Assembly (NCBI GenBank): GCA_050084985.1
Contig: JBITNC010000001.1
Coordinates: forward strand, 145,824,001-145,888,000
Direction of reading: 5' to 3'
DNA: 64,000 bases
Origin: Nageia nagi
Taxonomy: Eukaryota; Plantae; Pinophyta
Shown here: piece by piece, positions 1 to 11,599 of the stretch
Layout of the letters: every line of letters begins with the position of its first letter
Numbering within the stretch: position 1 is the first letter of the stretch
Translations under genes and position numbers: made by a program
Notes under the pieces: generated by a model
Database searches by the model: none
Seen by the model: the letters and a program-made list of their open reading frames with translations, nothing else
What the model was told of the DNA's origin: nothing

Positions 1-1223
1 AGATTATGCAACTGATAAATGGATAGCAATAACATATAAAAGCCATGCTTAAAGATTAATTTTTGGTGTTACAAATGTCTATGCTTACCAATAATTTGCA
101 TTGTAGGTCAAATGTTAGAGATAAATATCCAATTGTCTAGTTGTATATATTGATGCCCACTATTTTTTGGCAAGAGATTCTAATGCATTAGATTCTTGTT
201 TGAAAAACTAGGAGGTAAATAACAGCTATAGAAGAAAGATATTCTATTTAATGAATTCATTGAAAAAAATCAATTTCTTGACTCACTTTGTAAACAAGGT
301 AACTATAATTATATGAACAAATAAATAACTCATTATAAATTATGGAAAAATTAGATAGAATTCTTATTTTGTCTTAATATATATATGTAAAGGGATAATC
401 TCTCAATAGGAAGTGTTGGGTCATAGTGGGTCACATAATTTTCCAAAAATAGTAAATGTTGATCTTCCATCCAAAAAAAGAGGCTCTAAATTCTTCTTTG
501 AGAGAATATGGCTCTCCCATCCATCTTTTGGAAAACTTGTAGAAGGATAGTGGAAGTAAGGACTTACTTTACAAGGCAAAAATGTTTACCTTTCCAATTA
601 AACCTAGATAACTCAAAGAAAAGTGAAAATTTTGGAATAAGCATTCTATTGGTAATATTTATAAGAAGAGGGTAAGCGTGAAATATGAATTGTAGTAGGT
701 GGCTTTAAATTTACAAAGTGAACATAATGATATACTTATGTCCTAGGAATACATTCTCTCTCGATACCTTGATACAATATATCTTCAAGAAAAATATTTT
801 ACAAGAAAAAATCTAGATTAAAATGGTTAAGGGAAGGTGATAAGAATATTAAATTATTTCATATATATATACACAATAGCTCATAGGGTAACAAATAGGA
901 TATCTATTATGTCTAAGTTGGATAGAAGCATTATCTGATTTTGATATGAATTAGATGATCTTATTTACTCCTTTTATCCATGGTTATTAAGGGAGGAGGA
1001 ATGAAAATATGACCAAGAAAAATATATTTCTTTGATTTAGTACCACAACTTGTAATCATAACATAGAATTGTAAGTTAGAAATCCAACATTCCATTGAAG
1101 AAGTTGAAGAAATTGTATTTCAAATAAATACCTTTAGTGTACTAGGGTCTAGAAATTTTCCACCTAGGTTCTATTAATAATTTTGGCCTCTACTTAAGGA
1201 TGAAATGTTTGGTGTAGTCCTAG
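1..1223 (+). mobile_element. L1-type LINE ORF2, 5' part (endonuclease C-terminus to start of RT), degenerate
   Basis: Manual translation: KLDRIL (~348), FERIWLSHP (~497), KSRLKWLREGDKNIKLFH (808-861; plant L1 consensus KSR..WL.EGD.NTKFFH), then a decayed PGPDGF..FY..FW segment (~1141-1190). Ends at TSD cctag (1219-1223). Confidence 0.85.
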
Positions 1224-4200
1224 TGTAATGCAACCAACCTAGAACTCAAAATTTAGGAACAATTATTTTTGAAAATAATCCTTGAGGATAGAATATTGCT
1301 CATAAATCTCTTGTCACACATGGATCATATGATGATACCTTCCATACTTTATCTAGATCTCATCTTCCTAAGGTAAGTACTAGAGCATATTCACCATGCA
1401 AGCCTATCTTGCTTACAAGTGGTTCCCCATGATGATCGTGTTCTAGTTTTGTTTGAGTAAGGATTTTACTATTACAGTGAGATAAGCTTGATCTTCAAGG
1501 AAACCTTCCAATATAACCTAATGGATAACATTAATATTAGGTTGGATTCCCCATATAAGATTTTTCCTATATTGATTATGTTTAAATCTTAGGTTTCATT
1601 AGGTAGTGTTAGGAATACTTACCATATTGGAAGTTTAGTTATATACTTGGGATTCTTACAAACCATAGTTTAGGGTTAATTCACAACATTTAGACTCATC
1701 CATTTATTTAATGATAACTTCATCAATAAATATATTGAGATCAAGATAATTTTATACCTTATCATGTGGAAGGAATCATTTTCTAAATCATTAATGTATT
1801 CAAAGATAATATTATGGAATTCAAATAATTTAGTTTAGTGATACAATTATTAATAAATACATTAAAATCCATTCCTTATTCTGTAAAACCCTAAACAAAG
1901 AGAGATAGATTTAGTATATCCTAGGTTTACCCCTTCAGATATTTATTTTAGATTCTTATCAATTAGTAGATTAGTTTTGTATTGACAATGCAATAGTTCA
2001 ATATTGTACTAAACATTGAGACCCATCTATAAGAAATGGTTAAATTTTCTTCCTAAAGATAAGCTAAAAATACTTGATAAGAGTAAGACTAAATATACAT
2101 ATTGATTATTCATGCTCCATCATCTCAAAGATCTTGTGAATTCTTTCTAGAACATTTGGGCTTACAACTCATTACATGATCTACATCATACATACATTTT
2201 ATGGTATATCATTATATTTCAAAATCTTATATGATCATAACTCATTACAAGATGTTAACTTCTCCTCTTCCTATCCTCTATAATACATTACAATTACGTG
2301 ATACATCACAAGTACAATAACTTAAATACATCATTTGTATAAATCTTCTTTCACTAAGCTTCATGGTAAGGAGGGATCTTCATAATCTCTCGTGCTATCC
2401 TTCTTTCATGGATTTTTCAATGTTCAAAGAATGAGTGGTCGTAGGTACTAAGAAGGTTGTATGAGCATATGAGGATTAGGATAGCTCTTGCTTACCCACT
2501 ATAAAATATGAAATCAAACCATCCAATAAAAATTATATTCTATATATGTGGTCTCAAGAGGTTTTGGTACCTTATTGAATCCACCTCCCTTCCTTGACCA
2601 CATTCAATCAAGATTCAAATAGAGGTTTATCATGCATGAAGAACTTTATCAATGATAGTTTTAAAAGAAAAACCATATTACATACTTACAAATTCAAATA
2701 AAGGGCATTTTCCTAAACCAAGTAGTATCAAATCTAACTATACCATATTCCATGCATCCAATTTAATTAGCTCAATAGATTTTATAAGATATATAAAAAT
2801 AATAATCACTATGTTATGTAACTCCCTTACTTTTAGTATTAAATCTAAATCAAATTTTCTTTAACTCCATTACAATGTTTTGTATATCCTCTATCTTTAT
2901 CATTAGATCCCAATCTATTTGCTTAATAGCATTTCATAAATTAGCATACTTGGTTTAATTTTAATTATCCTTTCCATTTAAATTACTATGGACAACCATT
3001 ATCTGAACTTGGATTGTGGGAATGGCGCCTAATGAGCCGGCAGATGGGTTTATGAAGCATTCAACCAAAATGTTCTACCGAGATGACTTATTGTCCTAAA
3101 GCCTTATCGATAGTCCATTATTGCTGAACAAGTATATGCCCATCAACTTAATACAATGCATAATATATAGAGGCGTTCAAGGTATTCTTACGACTACATT
3201 AAAAGAGTATACATGGAGGAAGGAAACCATAACCTATCGAATGGTCCTCTAAGAGATTATGATTCTTCTAAAATTGAATTAGGAACACATAAAAATAAAT
3301 CATTCATTTTCGATGGAAGCATTTCACTTTGCCAACATAGAATGGTTTTGGGAAGGTTTCCGAAAATAAGTGAATAACGCACTCCATTTGATGGCAAATC
3401 TTAATGAATGCAGGGGAGAATCGTAGAGAATAGCAATGAATACAAGGAAGCACATGTAAGAAAAGAAAGAAAGAAATTTTATTATTCTTAATTCTTTTGA
3501 AAATGCCATATCAAAGAAACTAGGCACACAGGAAGCATAAAACTATAATTTGTGAATATACGATTATTGGCGCCTTACTCTAGGTGCAATATCCCAGCAG
3601 GAATATCTCAGAGAATGAACTAATGAACAAGTAAAGTAAGTACCTTCACCAAACTCAGCAACCTTTGTAAGCATTCTACACAAGGTGCTATTTTATCAAG
3701 AGGCGCATAAAATGACTTTCTGAAAAGGTTATGGAGGGGTTTAAGTCAACGCAAATAGACAGCCAAACTCTACAACATCGACCAACACTCTTCCAGACAC
3801 ACACAGGTCTTTCTGAGAAGCTGCGAGACATTTTTCAAGTGTAAAACCAAACTCTACATTCTCTGCGAACATACCTTTAAATGGCCAAGAATACCATAAA
3901 ATGCGACCCGTACTAGTATTTGTCCGGTAGGCGCTAAAATGGGACTTATACAAGGAGGTGTGGACGGTGCAATATGTTGAGCGTAAAGCCAGTCCCTTCA
4001 TCATTCTTTCCGCCTGTGCCTAGATGGAAACCTAGACGAACAATGTAGTATTAAATTCTGTGACTTTTGAATTATGATGGAAATTTAAAAGGAAATGTCT
4101 CATGTACAAATATCAAATATTTACAAAGAGATTTCTTCTCAAAGTACTTACTAGTAATATTGTCATAAATAATTAAATGAACCTATCTACAAACTATGAT

Positions 4201-5336
4201 AAATGCAAAAAAACTGACAATGTATCTAAGTATTGTATACAATACTTCACATGTAAGAATATCAAATAATTCCAAGAGGTCTTTTCAACATTAATAATTA
4301 TAATGCTAGCAATAAACCACATTAATATGAATTTGTAAACCTTTAATATACATTTTTTTCTTCAAAGCATAACTAAGTAATATCAAAAAAATCTTATCTT
4401 AGCAAGGCATTCTTTAAAAAAATAAAAAGGAAAGTACCTAGACTTGAGAAAGGGCTTCTCTTTTCCACGAAGCTTTAAAACCAAAGATTGAAAATAAAAT
4501 TATGAGATGGTAGTAGTGTGTGTTTTTCCAAAGGTTCCTACTTTATTTATATCTAAGGTGACTATAATAATTCAAAATAAATGTCCACTTATATTTTATT
4601 TCTTTGTGAGGTAGGTCTTAATTAAATTTGTTGATAGATGTGGTGATATGAAATATTTTGGACTCTTTTATATTATCTTAAAAACTAATGCCAATTACTT
4701 CTCATATCTAACATAAAGAAACAAAGGAAGTGGGGATCATATCTTAGTCATTGTTAATAATTAACAAAATACCTTGTAACATCCACAAAATGACACTAGT
4801 CCTTTCTAACTAGCACTTTTAGATTTCACATGATTTTACTAAAAATTATAAGTAAAAATTCAAAATCAAAAGAATAAAATATTCCTTGCCCTTTTGCATA
4901 GCAAAGTTTTAACACTCATTTTACCTATGGTGATCCCTTCATCCTGCATGGTAAAGTCATTAGAGCACACATACATATTTACACAATCATTAGTGAAATT
5001 GATATTCATGCTTAATAATTGCATCACACATTTTTATGATCTACTAGAGCTCCTTATGAGTATGTTAGCAATTCAATTCCAATCATTTCCTCCCTCTTAC
5101 AAATGCGTTCCCTTATCCACTCATTTGGGCTCCTTGGGATTTCCATCCTAGTTCTTTTGCTAGATTGACCTATTACTTGTATCACACAAAATCTTAATGC
5201 CAACATCAATTTATCATGGCTATGGTATCTATCAAAGTATCATTCATAATCTCATGATAGTATTTATAGTCAAATTTTTTGAAAATATGTGAACCATCAT
5301 AAATTTAAATTTTTAGGGTATAATAAGGTTGTCACA
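1224..5336 (-). repeat. 3' LTR of the outer element
   Basis: tgtaatgcaaccaacc...gttgtcaca; colinear with 25738-29686 apart from a few indels and one replaced segment. Confidence 0.92.
4544..4551 (-). promoter_or_regulatory. Putative LTR TATA box (TATAAATA on minus strand)
   Basis: Positionally equivalent to ctataaata at ~41572 in the related plus-strand LTR, ~790 bp from the LTR 5' end in both. Confidence 0.5.
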
Positions 5337-5350
5337 TACTCCCCCTCTTA
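5337..5350 (-). other. Polypurine tract of the outer element
   Basis: Reverse complement taagagggggagta lies directly before the LTR TG. Confidence 0.85.
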
Positions 5351-7379
5351 GGAATAACATAGTCCTTGATGTTTCTTTCGTTGTTATTTATTAGTTTTTC
5401 TAAGAACACCCATCAGAGTGCCTCAATTTTTTTTAATCAAATTTGATATTTTCAAGGAACATTATGATGATCCAACTTGCATTTGTGTCAATGGGTAATT
5501 GACCTTCAATTAGGTTAAGTTTATGAACTATCGAAGTTGATCAACCCTTCATTTTTGATGTTCAATGCCATAACCATTTATAGATTAATTTGTACATATG
5601 AACATGATCCCACCATTGCTATCTACTAACCAATCAATTATAATAGCCCATTTGATCATAGAGTTAAGTATTGGTTTCCTTTTAGAACCCATATCACTGA
5701 AGATAACACTAATCCAAAATAATGTCATACACATGACATATTTTCCATTAATTTGTTGATAAAGTACATCACCCTTGGAATAACCTTCATTTATAATCAT
5801 TAATCCATGATAAAGAAATGATTGTAACTTATATCCTCATCTGATATAGTGCAAATTTCTTAGTTACTACCTCTTTATCTAGAGCTAAGATAACTAACCT
5901 ACACATATATATCGGTTAGTACCCTAGTGGTCTGAGCTTCCATGCCCATATCTTAGGAACCCAAATATATTTAGGAAGTAATAAGTTCTTCCTCATGGTG
6001 TTTAACTTCTAATTTTGATCATAAAATCATCATTTTCAATAGATCATCATCCAATATTTTGAAACATATTTGTTATCTCACCCTTATTCATGTGAAGTTT
6101 ACATCATATTGCCTTTATGTCCTTATATTTTTTTGGATCTAATAGGCATAAAATTTGGATCAATTATATTGATTCATACCCTTTTATTTTAATTCTTTAG
6201 GTTCAAATTAATTAATAGCATCAGTAGCACTTCAAAGAGTCATATTTTAAAATAAAATAAATAATAAATGCAAATCATATCATTATTATTGCTTTAAAAT
6301 ATTAGTAAAATATTCATTATCAAAGAATACATCATTATTTTGTGCTTAACATAAAAGGTTGACATAACCTAAACTTCCTTCATTAGGGTTTATTATCATA
6401 TTTTTGTGCATGTATATCCCAAATTGAGCTAAACATTTTTTGTACTCTCAAATTTTTTCCTACCAAAACTCGATTTCTCTCAAAGATGTGTTAACACTTA
6501 GTAACTCTTTTTCATGAGCAACTTGAGCTTGCTCCTTAAATTCTCATTCTCGTATTTAAAACCTTTCATTTTCCATAGCAAAATAATTTTCCTCAATCAT
6601 TAAGATAATCTTTTCATGATTTAGAGTATCTCTTTGACTTTGAAGAGATTCTTTTCATTCTTCCTTAATATCTAATTGTTAGTGCAAAAATAAGTTTTCA
6701 ATGTCAAGTGACATATTTCTTACCAAAATTTCTTGTTATCACATTTTAATAAGACTTTTATTCATATGTGATTCTATAGGATTCATTATTGTCTAGTGTC
6801 ATCTTTTCTATTAAAGCTTTATAGCTAAAACCCAAAAAGGTAAGCAAATAATCATTATCTTTTTAGAACTTTCCCTACTTTTATGCATTGAAAAGTATGA
6901 ATAGAGACTAAACATTCATTTGCAATACTCATAGTAATCAATCACTTATTTAAATCAATTAATAATTTAGAAAAATAAGGACTTTTTCCCATGTGACACT
7001 CCATTAGAGGTACATCTCTTGTCACCCTTTTTATCAAGTAACTTCAACCTAAAAAAATTTTAAGGGGTGAATTGGAAAATTAAGGCTATAACTCTAGATT
7101 TGCACTTTTTGATTTGGCTAGTATAGTACATGGTGGGTCTTTCCTTATAGCTAAAATTTTATAAAATAATTAATATTCTTGACTCATGTAGCTGACCTTT
7201 TAACATGATTTGAAATATATTATCCCTTCTTCCTAAACTTAATTTAGCTCATTCACCTTGAAATTATATATAAAATCAAAAATCCAACCTAAATAGCCTT
7301 TTATAGGTTAGCATATATATACATCTCAAACTCCTAGATACAAATGATACCATGCCACTAAACTGTGACATTAAAATAT

Positions 7380-8072
7380 TTTCTCTATAGTTAAGTTGGA
7401 AGCATTTTCTTTTGCATCCAGGTCAGATGCATTTTCTCTATAGCTAGGTCAGATGCACTTTCTCTATAGTTGGATCTGAAGCATTTCCTTTATAACTAGG
7501 TCAAAAGCATTACCACTATAGCTAGGTTGGAAGCATATCCTTTACACATGAGTAGGGATCATATCTTCTATAATCGGGTAGGAAAAATTTTTTTACATTT
7601 AGATTGGAAGCATATTCTCTGCAACTAGGTAGAGAGCATTTCTTTGTACCTGGGTAGGGAGCATTACTTTGTAACTAGGTAGGGAAGATTTTTTCTATAG
7701 CTAGGTAAGGAGAAATTCCTCTATAACTACTTTACACCCTTATAGGGAGCATATCATAGTAGCCAGTAGTGAGCAATTTCTCTACAAATATGTTGGGAGC
7801 ATTCCTTTATAGCTAGGTCAAGAGCATTTATTCTATACTTAGGTTGGGAGCATTTCCATTGCATCCAAGTCAGAAGCATTTTCTCTATAGTCAAGTTGGG
7901 AGCACTTCCTCTATAGCTGGGTTAGGAGAACTTCTTTTATAGCTGCATTGGGAGCACTTCCTTTGTAGTCAAATTGGGAGGACTTCTCTATAGCTAGGTT
8001 GGGAGCACTTTCCTACATCTAGGTCAAAAGCACTTCCTTTACAGTTAAGTTGAAAGCATTTCTACATCTAGT
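7380..8072. repeat. 26-bp tandem array (~26 copies), unit ~ctatagctaggttgggagcattttct
   Basis: Unit starts at 7412, 7438, 7464, 7490, 7516 and onward; lies upstream of the transposase. Confidence 0.9.
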
Positions 8073-8329
8073 TCATATTAAATCTTTCCTGTTCCTAAGA
8101 GTGATGCAAAGCTTAGTGGTATTAGAGGTCTAGTAGGAAATAATTTCATAAAACCTATAACTTTTTTGTCATATTTTAAATAGCCAAAAATGTGTAGTAG
8201 CCAACTCCTTTCATAGAAGGTGTGTGACTTTAAATTTTTATTTTAAGTTTATTTTTAATTGAATTATTTATCTAAAATACTTTCAAATGCATTAGAAGTA
8301 AGAATATTTTAATATAAAAAATACACTAG

Positions 8330-10830
8330 ATGTCACTCCTCTTTAAGAATACATATCTAATGATGAAATGTTGGATGAATTTTAACCTGATATTACTCCC
8401 AGTGGGCAAGATCCTACTAAGAAGAGTGATGATAATTAGAAAGGATCTTAAGAACATACAAGTAACAAGAATTCATCTAATAGAAAGCAAAAAAATAAAG
8501 GACTTTAGGTAGAATATTTCAAAATGAATGGGTTGGAACTTTAATAGAACCTATTATTCCTTAATATAGTTCAAAAGAACCTATGAAATGTAGATGCATA
8601 TGTTACAGTTGGAAAAAAAAATGAACATAGAATGCAACTAAAAAAAGATACAATTCAAATACATTGTGGGAAAAAATATGAGTATGAAGAATTAGATGGT
8701 AAGTAAATAAGGGTTATTAAATAAAAAGATAAAATAGAATGCTTGCATATGAAATATCTAGAGATGTATGAAAAATAAATGAATAGAAAGAAGAATATTT
8801 TTAAAAAAGGTGGAACCATAAATCAACATATGGATAAAGTAAATCAAGGAAATCTAATCACTAAGAATATTCAATTTTTTTGTATATTAAATTTTAAAAA
8901 ATGGTATGCCAATTTTAGATATTTTATTATACAAATAATTTCTCCATTTTATTGCTATATAAAATTTTAAATTACCATAATACTATTGCTTTGAGAGTGG
9001 TACATGGGATATTTCAAATAGTATTGCAATTGTTGAGATGCAAGATTTGTGAGAAAAGGTAAGAGATGCAAAATTTATTTCATTATCCTTGGATGAAATT
9101 ATTGTTGTTGATCATATGTCTTGGGTTTTCTTACATATTTACACCTTTTAAGAATTTAAACACATGAGGCAACCTCACTTGCTACTAATCCAAAAAATGT
9201 CTTAAAGTTACAATTCTAAAAATTTATGCAATCTTTTAGTTAGTTGTATAAAGGAAATAGTAGGAATGGACAATTATGATATAACTACCAAGTTGATATG
9301 TGTTGAGGTTGATGGTGCATATGTAATGCAAGGAAATAAAAATGGACTTTATGTTAAGCTTCAAACAACATATGCTAATTACATGATATCAATTCATTGC
9401 ATGGCACATATAATAAGTCTTTCACATAAAATAGTTAACAATTTTAAAATTATTGCTAAGTTGGAGGAATTGGTTCATGATATTCATTTTTATTTTGTGC
9501 ATAGTTCAAAGCAAATTGTACAATTTCAATAATTTATTGTAGGTGTAATGAATGGAAAAAAATGGTTAACAGTGTTGATAATAGATGGATTTTTTTGTAT
9601 CTTCTTGCACTAAGAGTATGCAAAGAATATGTCTCATTGAGTGGGCATATATAGGAAAATCAAATAGAAGTTGATAAAGCAAAAGATATATTATACAAGT
9701 TAATGGATATTGAAACATTATTCACTTTATATGGAATTCTACCAATGTAATAAAAAATGCACACTATGATGAAGATAGCTCAAACAAGACATATTTATAT
9801 TGTTGATTTTGTAAGGGTATGAAAATACACTTGCCTTATTCTAGATAACATGTATCTTGGCAGGGATATTTTTATGGGTGATAGATTTGAGGCATGGAAA
9901 TATGCTATTCATTTGAAACATCCATTTTTTTTTTAAAATTTGATATCATGGGTAAGATTTGTATAAGTGTTCAAGATAAATATATGACAATGCACCTTTA
10001 CTATAGGAGAGATGGTATTTATGCTAAAGGATTAGAAGAAATGCCTCTAACATCATAACTAATTGATCATCTTATTCTGATGTAAGATGACAATTGTGAA
10101 TAGTATCTAAACTCTGTCAAGTGAAATAAGAGATCAATTTAGTAATGAAGATTTGGTTGAGTCAATGAGTGTTGTACACCTTAATTTTTATTCAACATAT
10201 AGTAGTTGTGTGAGTTTAGTTTATAAGAAATATATTATTAATATCATAAAATACTTTTTTCAATAGGTTGAAATCAATGGTCTTAAAATTCCAAGTATTT
10301 TGGATAGAAAATAGTTGGCATATCAATCAATCCAATTCAGTATTACTATGTTTGCATCATACAAGCTATTGAGTGGACCAAATGAAAATGGCTCAATAGT
10401 AAGATTATGGGGTAGACTATATCTAAGCATAATATTGCAGACATAAATAAGTGAATATTTTTGCCTATATGAATTATGTCAGACTATGATTTTGGGATCA
10501 GTTGAAGATGAATGGGTTTTCAATGCTTTGGCTTATATCAAATCAAAAGTTCACAATAGATTGGATAAAAATTTGGAAACATGTTTAAGAATTTATAATG
10601 TATTTAAATATGCTATGGATAATTTTTCATATTACAAAGCTGCTTTTACATGGGATTCAATTGCAAACATGAGAGGAGCATCAAGGATTGAATTTGATGA
10701 AGATGGTGAAAATAGGGAAGTAGAAGTAATTCAAAAAGATGAGTTTTGCTAGCAAATTGTTGAAAAGGAACTATTTTAGATGCAAGAGGGAGATGGAAAT
10801 GAAGGTGAAGAAAGTGCAGATGTGTAATTT
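8330..10830 (+). pseudogene. hAT transposase, ZNF862/C17orf113-like, with many stops and frameshifts
   Basis: N-terminal RIFQNEW...KCRCIC zinc-finger-like segment. FISLSLDEIIVVDHMSWVFLHIY carries the first catalytic D (~9092). KLICVEVDGAYVMQG...IHCMAH carries the second D and the CxxH motif. C-terminal dimerisation region GSVEDEWVFNALAYIKSKVHNRLDKNLETCLRIY. Confidence 0.88.
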
Positions 10831-11099
10831 TCTTTAAGTCTTTTCAATCATTTCCATTATTGGTATAATATGTTTTAATTTCATATAGGTTGCAAAACTA
10901 TTATTTGATTATATAAATGATATTTTAAGTTGAATTATTGTTGTAATGCTTTATTTGAACTATTTTTTGATTATATAAAATTATAAATGACTTTTTTAAC
11001 TTTAATTTCTAAACTTTACATAATATGATTAGGTTGTTCTAAACTACATATGATATTTTTTTTATACTTTTATTTTTTTATAAGTTAGCATTTCAATTG

Positions 11100-11365
11100 T
11101 AAACTGGATGTGATATGATACAATAATCTCTATTTAGTTACAAAGATAATAGCTAAACATGTAGCTAGTCTAGATGTAATAATATGTAGCCAATCCAACT
11201 GCAACAACATGCAGTCAGTTCCATTGCAAAAACATGCATCTAGATTAGTTACAAAAATATGTAGCTAGACCAATTGTATGTTGTTACTTTTGGTTTGGCT
11301 ACATATTATTGCAATTGGGTCATATGCATGTTATTGCAACTGACTAGCTTCAACAACATGCACCC
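11100..11365. repeat. 25-bp tandem array with internal orientation switch, between the 3' ends of the two genes
   Basis: Units atgtagctagtctagatgtaataat (11159), atgtagccaatccaactgcaacaac (11184) and so on. Inverted arms at 11256-11272 / 11291-11307. Confidence 0.8.
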
Positions 11366-11599
11366 CACATTTAGCAATATTCTAATTTACTGGAAAAAAT
11401 AAACTATAAAAGGATAATAATATCAAGATTCAAAAATATTTAGTAATTACTATTTTCCATGATTTTAACAAATTTCACATAATCAAAATTCAAAATGATA
11501 TATATAATAAGTTATATAAAAGTCTTTCAAATAAAATGGAAAGCATCCCACATTGCCAATTTGCTAAAATAATACAACTAAATTAAAAGTATAAAAAAT

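Noticed and set aside
3324-4004. ORFs 3324-3527 and 3741-4004 as genes
   Set aside because: They lie inside an LTR and have no recognisable domain; they are probably open only because this segment escaped C>T decay.
5400-5800. Possible chromodomain or ORF remnant before the PPT of the outer element
   Set aside because: Only a vague ...NASW resemblance, with no supporting integrase residues.
7380-8072. CRISPR-like appearance of the regular short-repeat arrays
   Set aside because: Units are contiguous, with no unique 25-45 bp spacers and no cas genes, in a eukaryotic transposon context.
8118-8129. PBS-like tggtattagag
   Set aside because: No adjacent LTR end (CA) and no retroelement sequence follows; it lies inside the hAT element.
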